A stretch of 64,000 bases of DNA from Peptococcaceae bacterium (GCA_049366715.1 JBMNCQ010000059.1:113607-177606); one strand, 5' to 3'. Numbered from the stretch's first letter, positions 8,368-17,122 are shown. The notes: generated by a model not told the origin, from the letters alone. Numbers and translations: made by a program.

Positions 8368-8775
8368 ATGAAGAATGATATGCAAAAAATAGTGAAAGAT
8401 TTCTTTCTAAACATACCAAAGGATAAATATGGAATAGATTTGTTTGAATTTGAATCTTTAGTAACCTGGGGAAATATCAATAAGTATTTCTTATTAGATG
8501 TGCGGGAATTTGATGAGTTTCAGCAAGTAAGAATTCCAGGATCAGTAAATATTCCATGTTCCCGGTTAGCACAGAAAATTAATGATATTCCTGTTAATCA
8601 GCAAGTCATAATTATTAGCGAGAAAGGTATAGTGGCTGCACAAATTTCCTCTCTGTTAAATTCCTGTGGATTTAAAACCTGGACTTTACGGGAAGGAATC
8701 GAAGGCTATCTAGATATTGGCGGGGATATTGAAGGGAAAAGCTTAACCCTTGTTTATCAGCAGCGAGGTAGGTAA
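8368..8775 (+). CDS. Rhodanese-homology-domain protein lacking the catalytic Cys (Ser at the active-loop position)
   Basis: LLDVREFDEFQQVRIPGSVNIP and REGIEGY are rhodanese-like. The active-site loop reads IIISEKGIVAAQ where CxxGxR is expected. Confidence 0.7.
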   Translation: MKNDMQKIVKDFFLNIPKDKYGIDLFEFESLVTWGNINKYFLLDVREFDEFQQVRIPGSVNIPCSRLAQKINDIPVNQQVIIISEKGIVAAQISSLLNSCGFKTWTLREGIEGYLDIGGDIEGKSLTLVYQQRGR

Positions 8776-8810
8776 TTTAATAATAAATCCTGATAAAAGG
8801 GGAGAACCCT

Positions 8811-9437
8811 ATGGAAATAGATGTTACCGAGGAGATTAAATCTAAATATAATGAAAAAGCCGAGTCATATGATAAGATGCTGGCGCCCATGGAAAAAATG
8901 ATGATGGGTAAGTGGAGAAAGATACTTTTCGCAAAAGCCGAAGGATTAATTCTTGAAGCAGGGGCTGGGACGGGTGCCAACATTCCCTATTATCCCGAAA
9001 AAGCAGTAAAGGTAATAGGTATTGATTTTAGCCCCAAAATGTTAGAAAAAGCCAAGGAAAAACTATCTTTAGCCAAAGTATCTGTGGAGCTTATGGAAGG
9101 GGACGTCCAACATTTACCTTTTAAGGACAGTTATTTTGATACAGTTGTTGCAGCCTGTGTATTCTGCTCTGTCCCAGACCCTGTACAGGGATTTAAAGAA
9201 CTAAGGCGGGTCATAAAGCCTGAGGGTGAACTTTATATGCTGGAGCATGTACGAAGTGAAGGGAAGTTCTTAGGTCTGCTGATGGATAAGTTAAATCCCT
9301 TATCTTTAAAATACGGCGGAGTTAATATCAATAGAAGGACTGAAAATAATATAAGGTTAGCAGGCCTGAAAGTTACTTCAGTAGAACTACTGTTTAAAGA
9401 TATCGTCAAATTAATAACGGTTTCCCCCAATAAATAA
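8811..9437 (+). CDS. Class I SAM-dependent methyltransferase (Methyltransf_11-like)
   Basis: Motif I ILEAGAGTGANIPYY, post-I VIGIDFSPKML, and LKPEGELYMLEH. Confidence 0.8.
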   Translation: MEIDVTEEIKSKYNEKAESYDKMLAPMEKMMMGKWRKILFAKAEGLILEAGAGTGANIPYYPEKAVKVIGIDFSPKMLEKAKEKLSLAKVSVELMEGDVQHLPFKDSYFDTVVAACVFCSVPDPVQGFKELRRVIKPEGELYMLEHVRSEGKFLGLLMDKLNPLSLKYGGVNINRRTENNIRLAGLKVTSVELLFKDIVKLITVSPNK

Positions 9438-9541
9438 TATCTTTCCCTCCAAGCAGTCGATATGCTAATGACTGTGGAGGGGTATCTAAATAACCAATTT
9501 CACTACCTTGGTTATTACTGGATACTAATATTAAAATAAAG

Positions 9542-9575
9542 GCTGCATTCCGCGAAGGAATAGCAGTCTTTATTT
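9542..9575 (+). terminator. Terminator after the methyltransferase gene
   Basis: GCTGCATTCC-GCGAA-GGAATAGCAG stem followed by TCTTTATTTCTT. Confidence 0.55.
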
Positions 9576-9576
9576 C

Positions 9577-9593
9577 TTCATGTTTTATTCACA
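9577..9593 (+). promoter_or_regulatory. TTCACA direct repeat E, upstream of lemA
   Basis: TTCATG at 9577-9582 and TTCACA at 9588-9593 are 11 bp start to start, followed by AATTAG. The architecture matches site C. Confidence 0.45.
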
Positions 9594-9715
9594 AATTAGA
9601 CAAATATATATCATAGCTGCTCCAAATTTTTAGATTATTCTATATTAAAAGTTAAAGGGGCTAGTATGATGACCGGCTTAAAAAGCAGCATTAACAAGCG
9701 TAAAGGAGAGGTAGT

Positions 9716-10279
9716 ATGAAAAAAAGTTTACTTGTAATTGGCGGGATACTTTTAGTAGTATTGTTAACGATAAGTCCCTTGATCGGAGTATACAACAATT
9801 TAATAACGGCTGAAGAAAACGTTGGCGGTCAATGGGCCCAGGTCGAGAACCAGCTCCAGCGCAGACTGGATTTAATTCCTAATTTAGTGGAAACTGTAAA
9901 AGGTTACGCAGCCCACGAAAAGGAAACCTTCACTTTAGTGACCGAAGCAAGATCTAAAGCAGCCGGTGCCGTCGGCGTAAAAGAGAAAGCCGAAACAAAT
10001 AGTGAGCTTACTTCGGCCTTAAGCAGGCTTATGGTGGTAGTAGAACGTTATCCGGAACTGAAGGCCAATGAAAACTTTATTAGACTTCAAGATGAACTGG
10101 CAGGAACAGAAAACAGAATTGCCATTGCCAGGAAGGATTATAATGATGCAGTACAAAGCTTTAATACCTTAATAAAACGTTTCCCAAATAATGTTATAGC
10201 GGGAATGCTGAATTTTATGGAGAAAGCATATTTTGAAGCAGAAACAAGTGCCCTTAAAGCCCCTGAGGTAAGCTTTTAA
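9716..10279 (+). CDS. lemA: LemA family membrane protein
   Basis: N-terminal TM helix, then YNNLITAEENVGGQWAQVENQLQRRLDLIPNLVETVKGYAAHEKETF ... RYPELKANENFIRLQDELAGTENRIAIARKDYN, a classic LemA signature. Confidence 0.9.
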   Translation: MKKSLLVIGGILLVVLLTISPLIGVYNNLITAEENVGGQWAQVENQLQRRLDLIPNLVETVKGYAAHEKETFTLVTEARSKAAGAVGVKEKAETNSELTSALSRLMVVVERYPELKANENFIRLQDELAGTENRIAIARKDYNDAVQSFNTLIKRFPNNVIAGMLNFMEKAYFEAETSALKAPEVSF

Positions 10280-10292
10280 GAGGGGGGAATAG

Positions 10293-11012
10293 ATGAAACT
10301 CGCAAAAAGGATTTCGCTGTTAAGCTTATTACTGTTGTTTATACTAAATACAACGCTCTGGGCTGCACCAGAGCTTCCTGATTATTGGGGCGATATATAT
10401 GTTCAGGATTTTGCTGAGATGATTTCGTCCCCCATGGAACAAAGCATATTAAAAGCTGCTAGAGAAATAGAAGACAGAACAGGAGCTCAAATATCGATTG
10501 TTACCTTAGAAAGTCTAGAGGGGAGGGATATTGAAACTTACAGTAATGAGCTCTTTAGAAAATGGGGTATCGGGGATAAGGACAAAGAAAATGGAATACT
10601 TTTTTTAGCCGCTGAGAATGAAAAAGAATTTCGGATTGAGGTGGGTTATGGACTTGAAGGCAGGATAAATGATGCCAAAGCAGGGGATATCTTAAGAAAT
10701 ATTATCCCCTATTTTCAAAAAGGTGATCTTGACAGTGGTTTTGCTTTAGCTTTTAACAGCTTGGCCCAGGAAATCAGTCAAGAGTACCCTGATGCTAACC
10801 AAGAGAAAACACAAAACGGGAAAGCTGCTAAGATTCCCTGGTGGGCACAATTATTAGGCATTGCTTTACTTATTTATCTGGCAATTTTTCATCCGGATAT
10901 TTTAATGCTGCTCATCTATACTTTATCCAGAGGAAATATGGGCGGTTCCGGTGGTTCACGAAGAGGAGGAGGAGGTTCATCCGGTGGTGGAGGTGCCTCA
11001 GGGGGCTGGTGA
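10293..11012 (+). CDS. TPM-domain (YgcG-like) protein with a TM helix and Gly-rich tail
   Basis: Signal peptide, then YVQDFAEMISSPMEQSILKAAREIEDRTGAQISIVTLESLEGRDIETYSNELFRKWGIG and FRIEVGYGLEG. The C-terminus is GGSGGSRRGGGGSSGGGGASGGW. LemA-TPM is a typical pairing. Confidence 0.85.
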   Translation: MKLAKRISLLSLLLLFILNTTLWAAPELPDYWGDIYVQDFAEMISSPMEQSILKAAREIEDRTGAQISIVTLESLEGRDIETYSNELFRKWGIGDKDKENGILFLAAENEKEFRIEVGYGLEGRINDAKAGDILRNIIPYFQKGDLDSGFALAFNSLAQEISQEYPDANQEKTQNGKAAKIPWWAQLLGIALLIYLAIFHPDILMLLIYTLSRGNMGGSGGSRRGGGGSSGGGGASGGW

Positions 11013-11021
11013 GGTGAGCAT

Positions 11022-11072
11022 AAATAGTAATTAAGGATAATCCTTTAGAAGGGTTATCCTTAATTACTATTT
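11022..11072. terminator. Bidirectional terminator hairpin between convergent genes
   Basis: AAATAGTAATTAAGGATAA..TTATCCTTAATTACTATTT forms a ~20-bp stem flanked by T/A runs on both strands. Confidence 0.75.
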
Positions 11073-11105
11073 ATAAAAAGAGCAACATACAGAGTAGGAT
11101 GTTCT

Positions 11106-11483
11106 TTATTTATTAAATTGGTTAAGTTCCAATTCGATTTGGTAGTGATTAATAGTTGATCTTTGAATTTTATCTTCTAATAAAGCAGTATGTATTTTCT
11201 GTTCAATTTTATCCAGCTCTTTAAGCTGCTGTTTTAAATCCTCCAGCCTGGATTGCAAGCGGATTATTTGGTGGTTAATTTGAAAATCATCAAATTCATG
11301 GGAATAGTCCTGAGGATTTTGCTTTTTTAGTTTTTTAAGATGTTCCGTAGTTTCAGATATTAATTTGTTTGTTTCGTTATGCTGATAATTAACCTTACTT
11401 AATAATGAATAATAATCAGATTTAGTATCATTAACGGTGTCGCCGAGGATAAGACTGGAAAACATTTCTTTTAAAGTAGTCAT
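11106..11483 (-). CDS. Coiled-coil protein of unknown function (125 aa)
   Basis: Heptad-rich, charged sequence (LQSRLEDLKQQLKELDKIEQKIHTALLEDKIQ). RBS AAGAAAAGGGG upstream. It sits 27 nt downstream of the preceding gene. Confidence 0.5.
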   Translation of the reverse strand: MTTLKEMFSSLILGDTVNDTKSDYYSLLSKVNYQHNETNKLISETTEHLKKLKKQNPQDYSHEFDDFQINHQIIRLQSRLEDLKQQLKELDKIEQKIHTALLEDKIQRSTINHYQIELELNQFNK

Positions 11484-11510
11484 ACTGATCCCCTTTTCTT
11501 AAATATTAAG

Positions 11511-11813
11511 CTAAACATTGGAAACACGATCCTTGTATTTCCGGAGGGTATTATTGATGAATATTTTTTTTTGGAGCCAAAACCGTGCTTCTTGCTCATT
11601 ATCTTCTCGTAAAGCAGCCCGGATTTGTTCGGTACATTCCTGATCGTCTCCTTCTAAGTCATTTATTAAGTCTTGGAGGACATCTTCAATGGAATTTTTT
11701 ACATATGGATTCTTTAAATCCCCGGATGCATGCTGCCGGATAGTTTTTTTAGCTACCTGTGACGTAGAGAATATGTTTTTAAATGTTAACAAAAGGCTTC
11801 TAATAAATTTCAT
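11511..11813 (-). CDS. Small helical protein of unknown function (100 aa)
   Basis: ORF with RBS AGTGAGGGG upstream. Acidic helical segment DVLQDLINDLEGDDQECTEQIRAALREDNEQEARFWLQKK. No family recognised. Confidence 0.45.
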   Translation of the reverse strand: MKFIRSLLLTFKNIFSTSQVAKKTIRQHASGDLKNPYVKNSIEDVLQDLINDLEGDDQECTEQIRAALREDNEQEARFWLQKKIFINNTLRKYKDRVSNV

Positions 11814-11931
11814 AACATATTTCCCCTCACTTTCTGCTAAATGATATAAAAAATAAGTGACGGTTTTTTAATAAAAGTTTGAGGAAACTGTGTATTTTTT
11901 TAAAACAGGTAATTTACCAATACAATAGCAA

Positions 11932-12011
11932 TTCACAAATTTCACACAAAGTGTTGTCAATTAGGACAAGTTTATTTTATAAGTTCACAATTTGCACAAA
12001 ATTAATCCATA
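11932..12011 (+). promoter_or_regulatory. TTCACA-repeat regulatory module B, upstream of the tauE-ccdA operon
   Basis: TTCACA at 11932-11937 and 11941-11946. AAGTTCACA at 11981-11989 is followed by N17 then CCATA at 12007-12011. An extended -10 TGTATATAAT lies at 12027-12036. Confidence 0.5.
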
Positions 12012-12078
12012 ACTTAATCAAACTGGGTGTATATAATTCAAACGAGCAAAATGTTACAAATAGGGGGTAATTGTTTTA

Positions 12079-12843
12079 ATGGATATAGCTTTAGCAGTTA
12101 CTGTACTTGGTTTTATAGGTGCTTTTATTGCCGGAATGGCCGGTATAGGCGGGGCAATAATTATGGTTCCTTTACTGTATTTTGTTCCTCCTCTTTTAGG
12201 TTTTGAACAATTAAGTATGCAAACTGTGGCAGGTTTGACAATTGTCCAGGTTTTAATAGCTACGGGAACAGCCGCCCTTGTTCATAAAGCCAATAATTAT
12301 CTAAATAAAGAGCTTGTTAAATGGATGGCCGCTACGATAATAATAGCCTCATTTGGGGGCGGTCTGGCCTCAAAATACGTCACTGAGTTGATGATGCAGC
12401 AAATATTTGCAATTCTTGCCCTTATTGCAGCAGTGATGATGTTTATTCCCAAGAAGGAAAAAAACGAAAGGAATCATGTTAATTTTAATAAGGGATTAGC
12501 CGTAGTGTGTACTTTCATTGTCGGGGCGCTGGCGGGGATGATTGGTGCGGGCGGTGCTTTCCTCCTTGTCCCCATAATGCTTTATGTGCTCAATATTCCC
12601 TTAAGAATCACCGTAGGAAGCTCTTTAGCCATTGTATTCTTTTCGGCCTTAGCAGGTTTTCTGGGTAAGGTTTATACCAACCAGATTGTCTGGAGTCTGG
12701 CCGTCGCAATTATTTTAGGTGCTATGCCCGGTGCTTACTTAGGGGGCAAAATAAGCAAATATATACCGATTAAAGCCTTGAAAGGTATTTTAGCAATTCT
12801 TATAACAGGAACTGCAATCAAAATGTGGATGAATATCCTATAA
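12079..12843 (+). CDS. TauE/SafE family sulfite-exporter-like membrane protein
   Basis: 254 aa with about 8 TM helices and an internal duplication carrying Gly-rich motifs (GAFIAGMAGIGGAIIMVPLL / GALAGMIGAGGAFLLVPIML). Confidence 0.8.
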   Translation: MDIALAVTVLGFIGAFIAGMAGIGGAIIMVPLLYFVPPLLGFEQLSMQTVAGLTIVQVLIATGTAALVHKANNYLNKELVKWMAATIIIASFGGGLASKYVTELMMQQIFAILALIAAVMMFIPKKEKNERNHVNFNKGLAVVCTFIVGALAGMIGAGGAFLLVPIMLYVLNIPLRITVGSSLAIVFFSALAGFLGKVYTNQIVWSLAVAIILGAMPGAYLGGKISKYIPIKALKGILAILITGTAIKMWMNIL

Positions 12844-12863
12844 TTAAACGGAGGATGAGCGGG

Positions 12864-13400
12864 ATGAATAAAAAGTTGATGATTTTGTTGGTCATTATAG
12901 GTTTTGTTTTAGTATTAGCAGGGTGTAATAAAGGAAATGACAATAAAGAGGCTCCAGCTTTACAAAAAAGTGAACAGACGGAAAATAAGCAAGAAACAAG
13001 TGAAAACTCCGACAAACCGCTTAATCCCAGAGACCTGGAACGCTATAATAGTGAGGGTGCGGTCCAGATGGGGGTTATTTTTGCCAACCCCTTAGGACAG
13101 GAAAAAAAGGGTTATTTAACCTTTGTAGTGCAAATGGATAATCATTCCTATAACCTTAATGAGTATGATTTGAGCAAATATGCCCGTTTGGTCGATGACA
13201 AAGGAAACAGTCCCCAGGGTAAGGCCGAATGGGAAGTATACAGCGGTGGAGGACATCATGTTATAAATCACCTGTTATTTCCTGATAATGGTTTTATAAC
13301 CGCCGATACAAAGTATGTAAAGCTGGTAATCAAAGATTTCATTGATCTGCCGCTACGGGAATTTGTCTGGGAAAAAGAATTTTTAGGTATAAAGGAGTAG
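12864..13400 (+). CDS. Lipoprotein of unknown function
   Basis: Start moved to ATG 12864, 9 nt after GGAGG. Lipobox LVLAGC, a low-complexity linker, then a beta-rich domain with GGGHH. Confidence 0.6.
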   Translation: MNKKLMILLVIIGFVLVLAGCNKGNDNKEAPALQKSEQTENKQETSENSDKPLNPRDLERYNSEGAVQMGVIFANPLGQEKKGYLTFVVQMDNHSYNLNEYDLSKYARLVDDKGNSPQGKAEWEVYSGGGHHVINHLLFPDNGFITADTKYVKLVIKDFIDLPLREFVWEKEFLGIKE

Positions 13401-13407
13401 GCCGAAG

Positions 13408-14142
13408 ATGTCAATATATGTGCTTACATTTTTAGCGGGAATTATCTCTTTTATTTCTCCTTGTATCATATCAATGTTAGCCGTTTATTTTTCCATGATT
13501 ACGGGTTTGTCATTGAAGGAACTGCGCAACTTACCTTCAGATAAAAAGCTTAGGAAATATATTATCGGCAATACTTTAATGTTCGTCTTAGCCTTTACCG
13601 TTGTCTTTACCTTAGCCGGTGGAGCTGCAGGGCTGATAGCAGGATTTTTAACAACCTATGGCCGGTACTTTGAGTTTTTAGGCGGCTCCTTAGTAATACT
13701 TTTAGGGCTTAATATGCTTGGAATAATAAAGCTTAATTTTGTCAATAGCTGCAACATGTCCGAGAAAAAAAGTAAATTTGGGTCCGGCTATCTTTCTTCC
13801 TTTGTGGTAGGTTTAATATTTGCAGTTGCTTGTTCCCACTGTATCGGTCCGGTTTTGTATTCCATCTTAATTATGGCCGGGTCTTTAGGCTCGGTTTCCA
13901 ATGGTATGCTGGTCATGTTCCTCTTCTCCAGCGGTTTAGCCATACCTTATTTAATTGCCGGATTATATATGGACAAGATTATTAAAATTATTCATAAAAC
14001 CCATAAGGTTTCGACAACCCTTAATATTGTCACGGGAGCCATTATTATTACTTTGGGTATCTTGATTCTGACGGGGAACTTCTATTTAGTAACCGGTTTT
14101 ACAGCAAAACTGATTCCCTTTAAGTTACCCCTCGGTATGTAA
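13408..14142 (+). CDS. ccdA: Cytochrome c biogenesis thiol-disulfide transporter CcdA (DsbD-beta family)
   Basis: Six TM helices with two conserved Cys-bearing helices (FISPCIISMLAVYF and ACSHCIGPVLYS). Confidence 0.85.
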   Translation: MSIYVLTFLAGIISFISPCIISMLAVYFSMITGLSLKELRNLPSDKKLRKYIIGNTLMFVLAFTVVFTLAGGAAGLIAGFLTTYGRYFEFLGGSLVILLGLNMLGIIKLNFVNSCNMSEKKSKFGSGYLSSFVVGLIFAVACSHCIGPVLYSILIMAGSLGSVSNGMLVMFLFSSGLAIPYLIAGLYMDKIIKIIHKTHKVSTTLNIVTGAIIITLGILILTGNFYLVTGFTAKLIPFKLPLGM

Positions 14143-14150
14143 AAACAAAA

Positions 14151-14167
14151 TTCATAAAAAGTTCACA
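14151..14167 (+). promoter_or_regulatory. TTCACA direct repeat C, upstream of the SHOCT/two-component operon
   Basis: TTCATA at 14151-14156 and TTCACA at 14162-14167 are 11 bp start to start, followed by AATTATCCATAAC. Confidence 0.5.
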
Positions 14168-14237
14168 AATTATCCATAACTATAACAAGAATATATTCTA
14201 GTATTAATTTTAAATAAAGTCAAAAGAGGTGTTAGAT

Positions 14238-14468
14238 ATGATGCATTGGGGGTATGGAATGGGTTTCGGAATGCTTCTTTGGTGGGCTGTGATTATTGGC
14301 GGAATAGTATTGGCTGTCTACGGCTTAATCAGTCTCTTTAAAGGTCAGCCTGTAAAAAAAGGGTTAGCCAATGATAACCAATCTCTTCATATTTTAAAGG
14401 AACGTTTTGCTAAAGGTGAAATAAATGAAGAAGAATATAAACAAAAGAAGCAGATTCTGTTAAAATAG
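14238..14468 (+). CDS. SHOCT-domain small membrane protein
   Basis: One TM helix (LLWWAVIIGGIVLAVYGLISLF) and the C-terminus LKERFAKGEINEEEYKQKKQILLK. ATG 14238 lies 8 nt after AAGAGG. Confidence 0.75.
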   Translation: MMHWGYGMGFGMLLWWAVIIGGIVLAVYGLISLFKGQPVKKGLANDNQSLHILKERFAKGEINEEEYKQKKQILLK

Positions 14469-14481
14469 GATTATTGACATA

Positions 14482-14508
14482 AAATCGCCTTGCTCAAGGC
14501 GATTTTTT
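14482..14508 (+). terminator. Hairpin terminator/attenuator between the SHOCT gene and the response-regulator gene
   Basis: AAATCGCCTTG-CTC-AAGGCGATTT plus TTT, immediately followed by the RBS AGGAGG of the regulator. Confidence 0.65.
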
Positions 14509-14523
14509 AGGAGGTGCGAATAA

Positions 14524-15222
14524 ATGAGTATACCCAAAGTTTTAGTAGTTGATGATGAAGAGGGCATCAGGGATTTAGTGGCTATGTATCTTGAAAAGGA
14601 AGGTTTAGAGCTTGATTTTGCTGCTGATGGGCAGGCAGCTCTTCTGCAAATAGAAAAAAAAGATTACGATCTATATATTGTAGATGTTATGATGCCCGGG
14701 CTGGATGGCTTTGGTTTGGTTAAAGAAATCAGAAGGTTTACCGATAAACCTGTGATCATGCTTACTGCCAAAGGTGAGGAATATGAAAGAGTCCTGGGTT
14801 TTGAGCTGGGTTGTGATGACTATGTAGTGAAACCCTTCAGTCCCCGGGAGTTAGTTCATCGGGTAAAGGTACTTTTAAAAAGAACCCTCAATGTGGACAG
14901 TAATGACCAGGGAGTTCTCAAATATTCCCGCTTAACAATTGATAAATTATCCCGTCAGGCCAAGATTGATGGTAATGAAGTCGTTTTGACACCCAAGGAA
15001 TTTGAACTGCTGCATTATTTGGCGAAAAGTCCCGGACGGGTTTATACCCGGGAACAAATACTTGAAAATGTCTGGGGGTATGACTATTTTGGAGACCTTA
15101 GGACGGTTGATACCCATGTAAAGAAATTAAGGGAAAAATTAGGGAGAGACAGTGGTCCGGATTACATTAATACGGTCTGGGGCGTAGGCTATAAATTTGA
15201 GGTTGGTAATGTTCAGAAATAG
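14524..15222 (+). CDS. OmpR/PhoB-family response regulator, ResD-like
   Basis: The receiver domain VLVVDDEEGIRDL...DLYIVDVMMPGLDG...VIMLTAKGEEYERVLGFELGCDDYVVKPFSPRELVHRVKVLLKR closely parallels B. subtilis ResD as I remember it. A winged-helix C-terminus follows (LTPKEFELLHYLAKSPGRVYTREQIL...VWGVGYKF). Confidence 0.85.
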   Translation: MSIPKVLVVDDEEGIRDLVAMYLEKEGLELDFAADGQAALLQIEKKDYDLYIVDVMMPGLDGFGLVKEIRRFTDKPVIMLTAKGEEYERVLGFELGCDDYVVKPFSPRELVHRVKVLLKRTLNVDSNDQGVLKYSRLTIDKLSRQAKIDGNEVVLTPKEFELLHYLAKSPGRVYTREQILENVWGYDYFGDLRTVDTHVKKLREKLGRDSGPDYINTVWGVGYKFEVGNVQK

Positions 15223-16966
15223 CATTATAGGTAAGCTCTGGATATCAATCGTTGTCTTGATTGTAATTGTCTTGCTATCCCTGAGTTTAGGTCTCTCAAG
15301 TTTGCTGGAAGAGTTTTATTTTTCCAGAATAGCTGATGAATTAGTAATTGAAGGGAAACAAATAATTGAAGTCATTAATTCTGAGAATGACCGTCAGGAG
15401 CTTATTGAAAAGCTGGATATCTTAAGTGATTTTACAAACGCTTATATTGTTATTGTTGACCGCGGGGGCTTAGTGGAGGTTTGTAATACCATGATGGGGC
15501 TTCCGGCGGGATCTGTATTTGACCCGGGAGATTTAGAGAAGGTCTTTTCCGGTCAGGTAGTAACCAAAAGAGGTTATCATCATCATTTTGAAGCCCCTAT
15601 GCTTTCAACGGCGATTCCTATCTTTGCCGGACAAGAGGTTGAGCGAGCAATCATGCTTTTTAAGCCGGTAGCTCCCATTTCCGAAACAATAGGCTCCATG
15701 AGAAGGTTAACGATTTATGCAGCAATAGGTGCTATTTTATTAGCCAGTATCATAAGCTTCTTCTTATCAAGGACTCTTTCCAGGCCTTTAGTACAAATGA
15801 ATAAGGTAGCTACCGAAATGGCTAAAGGTAATTTTGAACATAAAGTTGAGGCCCGCAGTGATGATGAGGTAGGGCTTTTAGGCGCCAGTTTAAACTATAT
15901 GTCCAATCAGCTCAAAAAAAATATTTCGGAACTATCCCATGAAAAAGAGAAACTGGAAAATATCATAGCCAGTATGTCGGACGGAGTAATAACTCTGGAC
16001 CCGCAGGGAAATATTATTTTGATTAACCAGCCGGCAGAGAAATTACTGGCTAAGTGCATGGCGCAAATTGATTCTCTGCATAAGGTTTTGGATTGCTTAA
16101 CAATGTCTGATTTTAAACTGCTGTTCGAGGAAGTAAATACAGCAATGAAAATGCAGAAAAAAGATATCGAATTAGCAGATAAGATTATCGCTACGCGCAT
16201 GACCCCTTTGTTCGATAACGACAGAAATGAAATTATCGGCGTGGTGGGGATTTTGCAGGATGTCACAAAGGAAAGAGAATTGGAGCAGATGAGGCGCGAT
16301 TTTATCGCCAATGTATCCCATGAACTCCGCACACCTTTAAGTTTGATGCAAGGTTATACGGAAGCGCTTTTAGATGGTATGGCGGACGATTTCAAAAAAC
16401 GGAAAAAGATCATGACAATTATTCACCAGGAAACATTAAGATTAAAACGGATGGTCGATGAATTGCTGGATTTATCAAGGCTGCAGACAGGGCATTTTAA
16501 ATTAAATAAACAGAATGTAAATGTAGCGGAGATGCTCAAGACAATAGAAGAAAAATATAAGCCGGTAGTTTTGCCGGCAGGCTTAGATTTTAAAATTAAG
16601 CCGTCAGCAGATTTACCCTTGATAAAAGCAGACCCCGACCGGATGCAGCAGGTTTTAATCAATCTTGTGGAAAATGCTTTAAAACATACGGAAAAAGGAG
16701 AAATTTCAATTGCGGCCTTTAAAGAAAAAGAGCAAATATGCATAGAGGTAACAGATACCGGGGCAGGGATTGCTAAAGAAGATTTGGACTTAATCTGGGA
16801 AAGGTTTTATAAGGTGGATAAATCCCGCAACAGAACTAAAGGCGGAACCGGCTTAGGGTTAGCTATTGTTAAAAATATCGTGAAAGCCCATGATGGTGAG
16901 GTATGGGTAAGATCTCAAGAAAATAAAGGCAGCACATTCGGCTTTTGTATTCCGGTCAGGATGTGA
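15209..16966 (+). CDS. Sensor histidine kinase (2 TM, HAMP, PAS, HisKA, HATPase), ResE-like
   Basis: The N-terminus FRNSIIGKLWISIVVLIV resembles ResE (FWRSIVGKLWFTILLL). H-box FIANVSHELRTPL, N-box NLVENALKHT, G-boxes TDTGAGI and GGTGLGLAIV. Its start overlaps the regulator's stop. Confidence 0.85.
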   Translation: MFRNSIIGKLWISIVVLIVIVLLSLSLGLSSLLEEFYFSRIADELVIEGKQIIEVINSENDRQELIEKLDILSDFTNAYIVIVDRGGLVEVCNTMMGLPAGSVFDPGDLEKVFSGQVVTKRGYHHHFEAPMLSTAIPIFAGQEVERAIMLFKPVAPISETIGSMRRLTIYAAIGAILLASIISFFLSRTLSRPLVQMNKVATEMAKGNFEHKVEARSDDEVGLLGASLNYMSNQLKKNISELSHEKEKLENIIASMSDGVITLDPQGNIILINQPAEKLLAKCMAQIDSLHKVLDCLTMSDFKLLFEEVNTAMKMQKKDIELADKIIATRMTPLFDNDRNEIIGVVGILQDVTKERELEQMRRDFIANVSHELRTPLSLMQGYTEALLDGMADDFKKRKKIMTIIHQETLRLKRMVDELLDLSRLQTGHFKLNKQNVNVAEMLKTIEEKYKPVVLPAGLDFKIKPSADLPLIKADPDRMQQVLINLVENALKHTEKGEISIAAFKEKEQICIEVTDTGAGIAKEDLDLIWERFYKVDKSRNRTKGGTGLGLAIVKNIVKAHDGEVWVRSQENKGSTFGFCIPVRM

Positions 16967-16979
16967 AATCACTGGGAAA

Positions 16980-17019
16980 GAAGCAGTCAGGAAGAAGATA
17001 ATCCTGACTGCTTCTTTTT
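16980..17019 (+). terminator. Rho-independent terminator of the two-component operon
   Basis: GAAGCAGTCAGGA-loop-TCCTGACTGCTTC (13-bp stem) followed by TTTTT. Confidence 0.85.
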
Positions 17020-17122
17020 ACTAGGGCCGTATCAGGGCGGCTTTGTTTTTGCTAGCGAAGGGATATTTAACATAATCTTAACAATCATAAATATTGACCG
17101 GGAAAAATAATTAAGATAATGT

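Noticed and set aside
11879-12070. 63-aa plus-strand ORF
   Set aside because: It coincides with regulatory module B, which is repeated at 2882-2961 in a non-coding context. It has no RBS and is Ile/Asn/Lys-rich as expected for AT-rich intergenic DNA.
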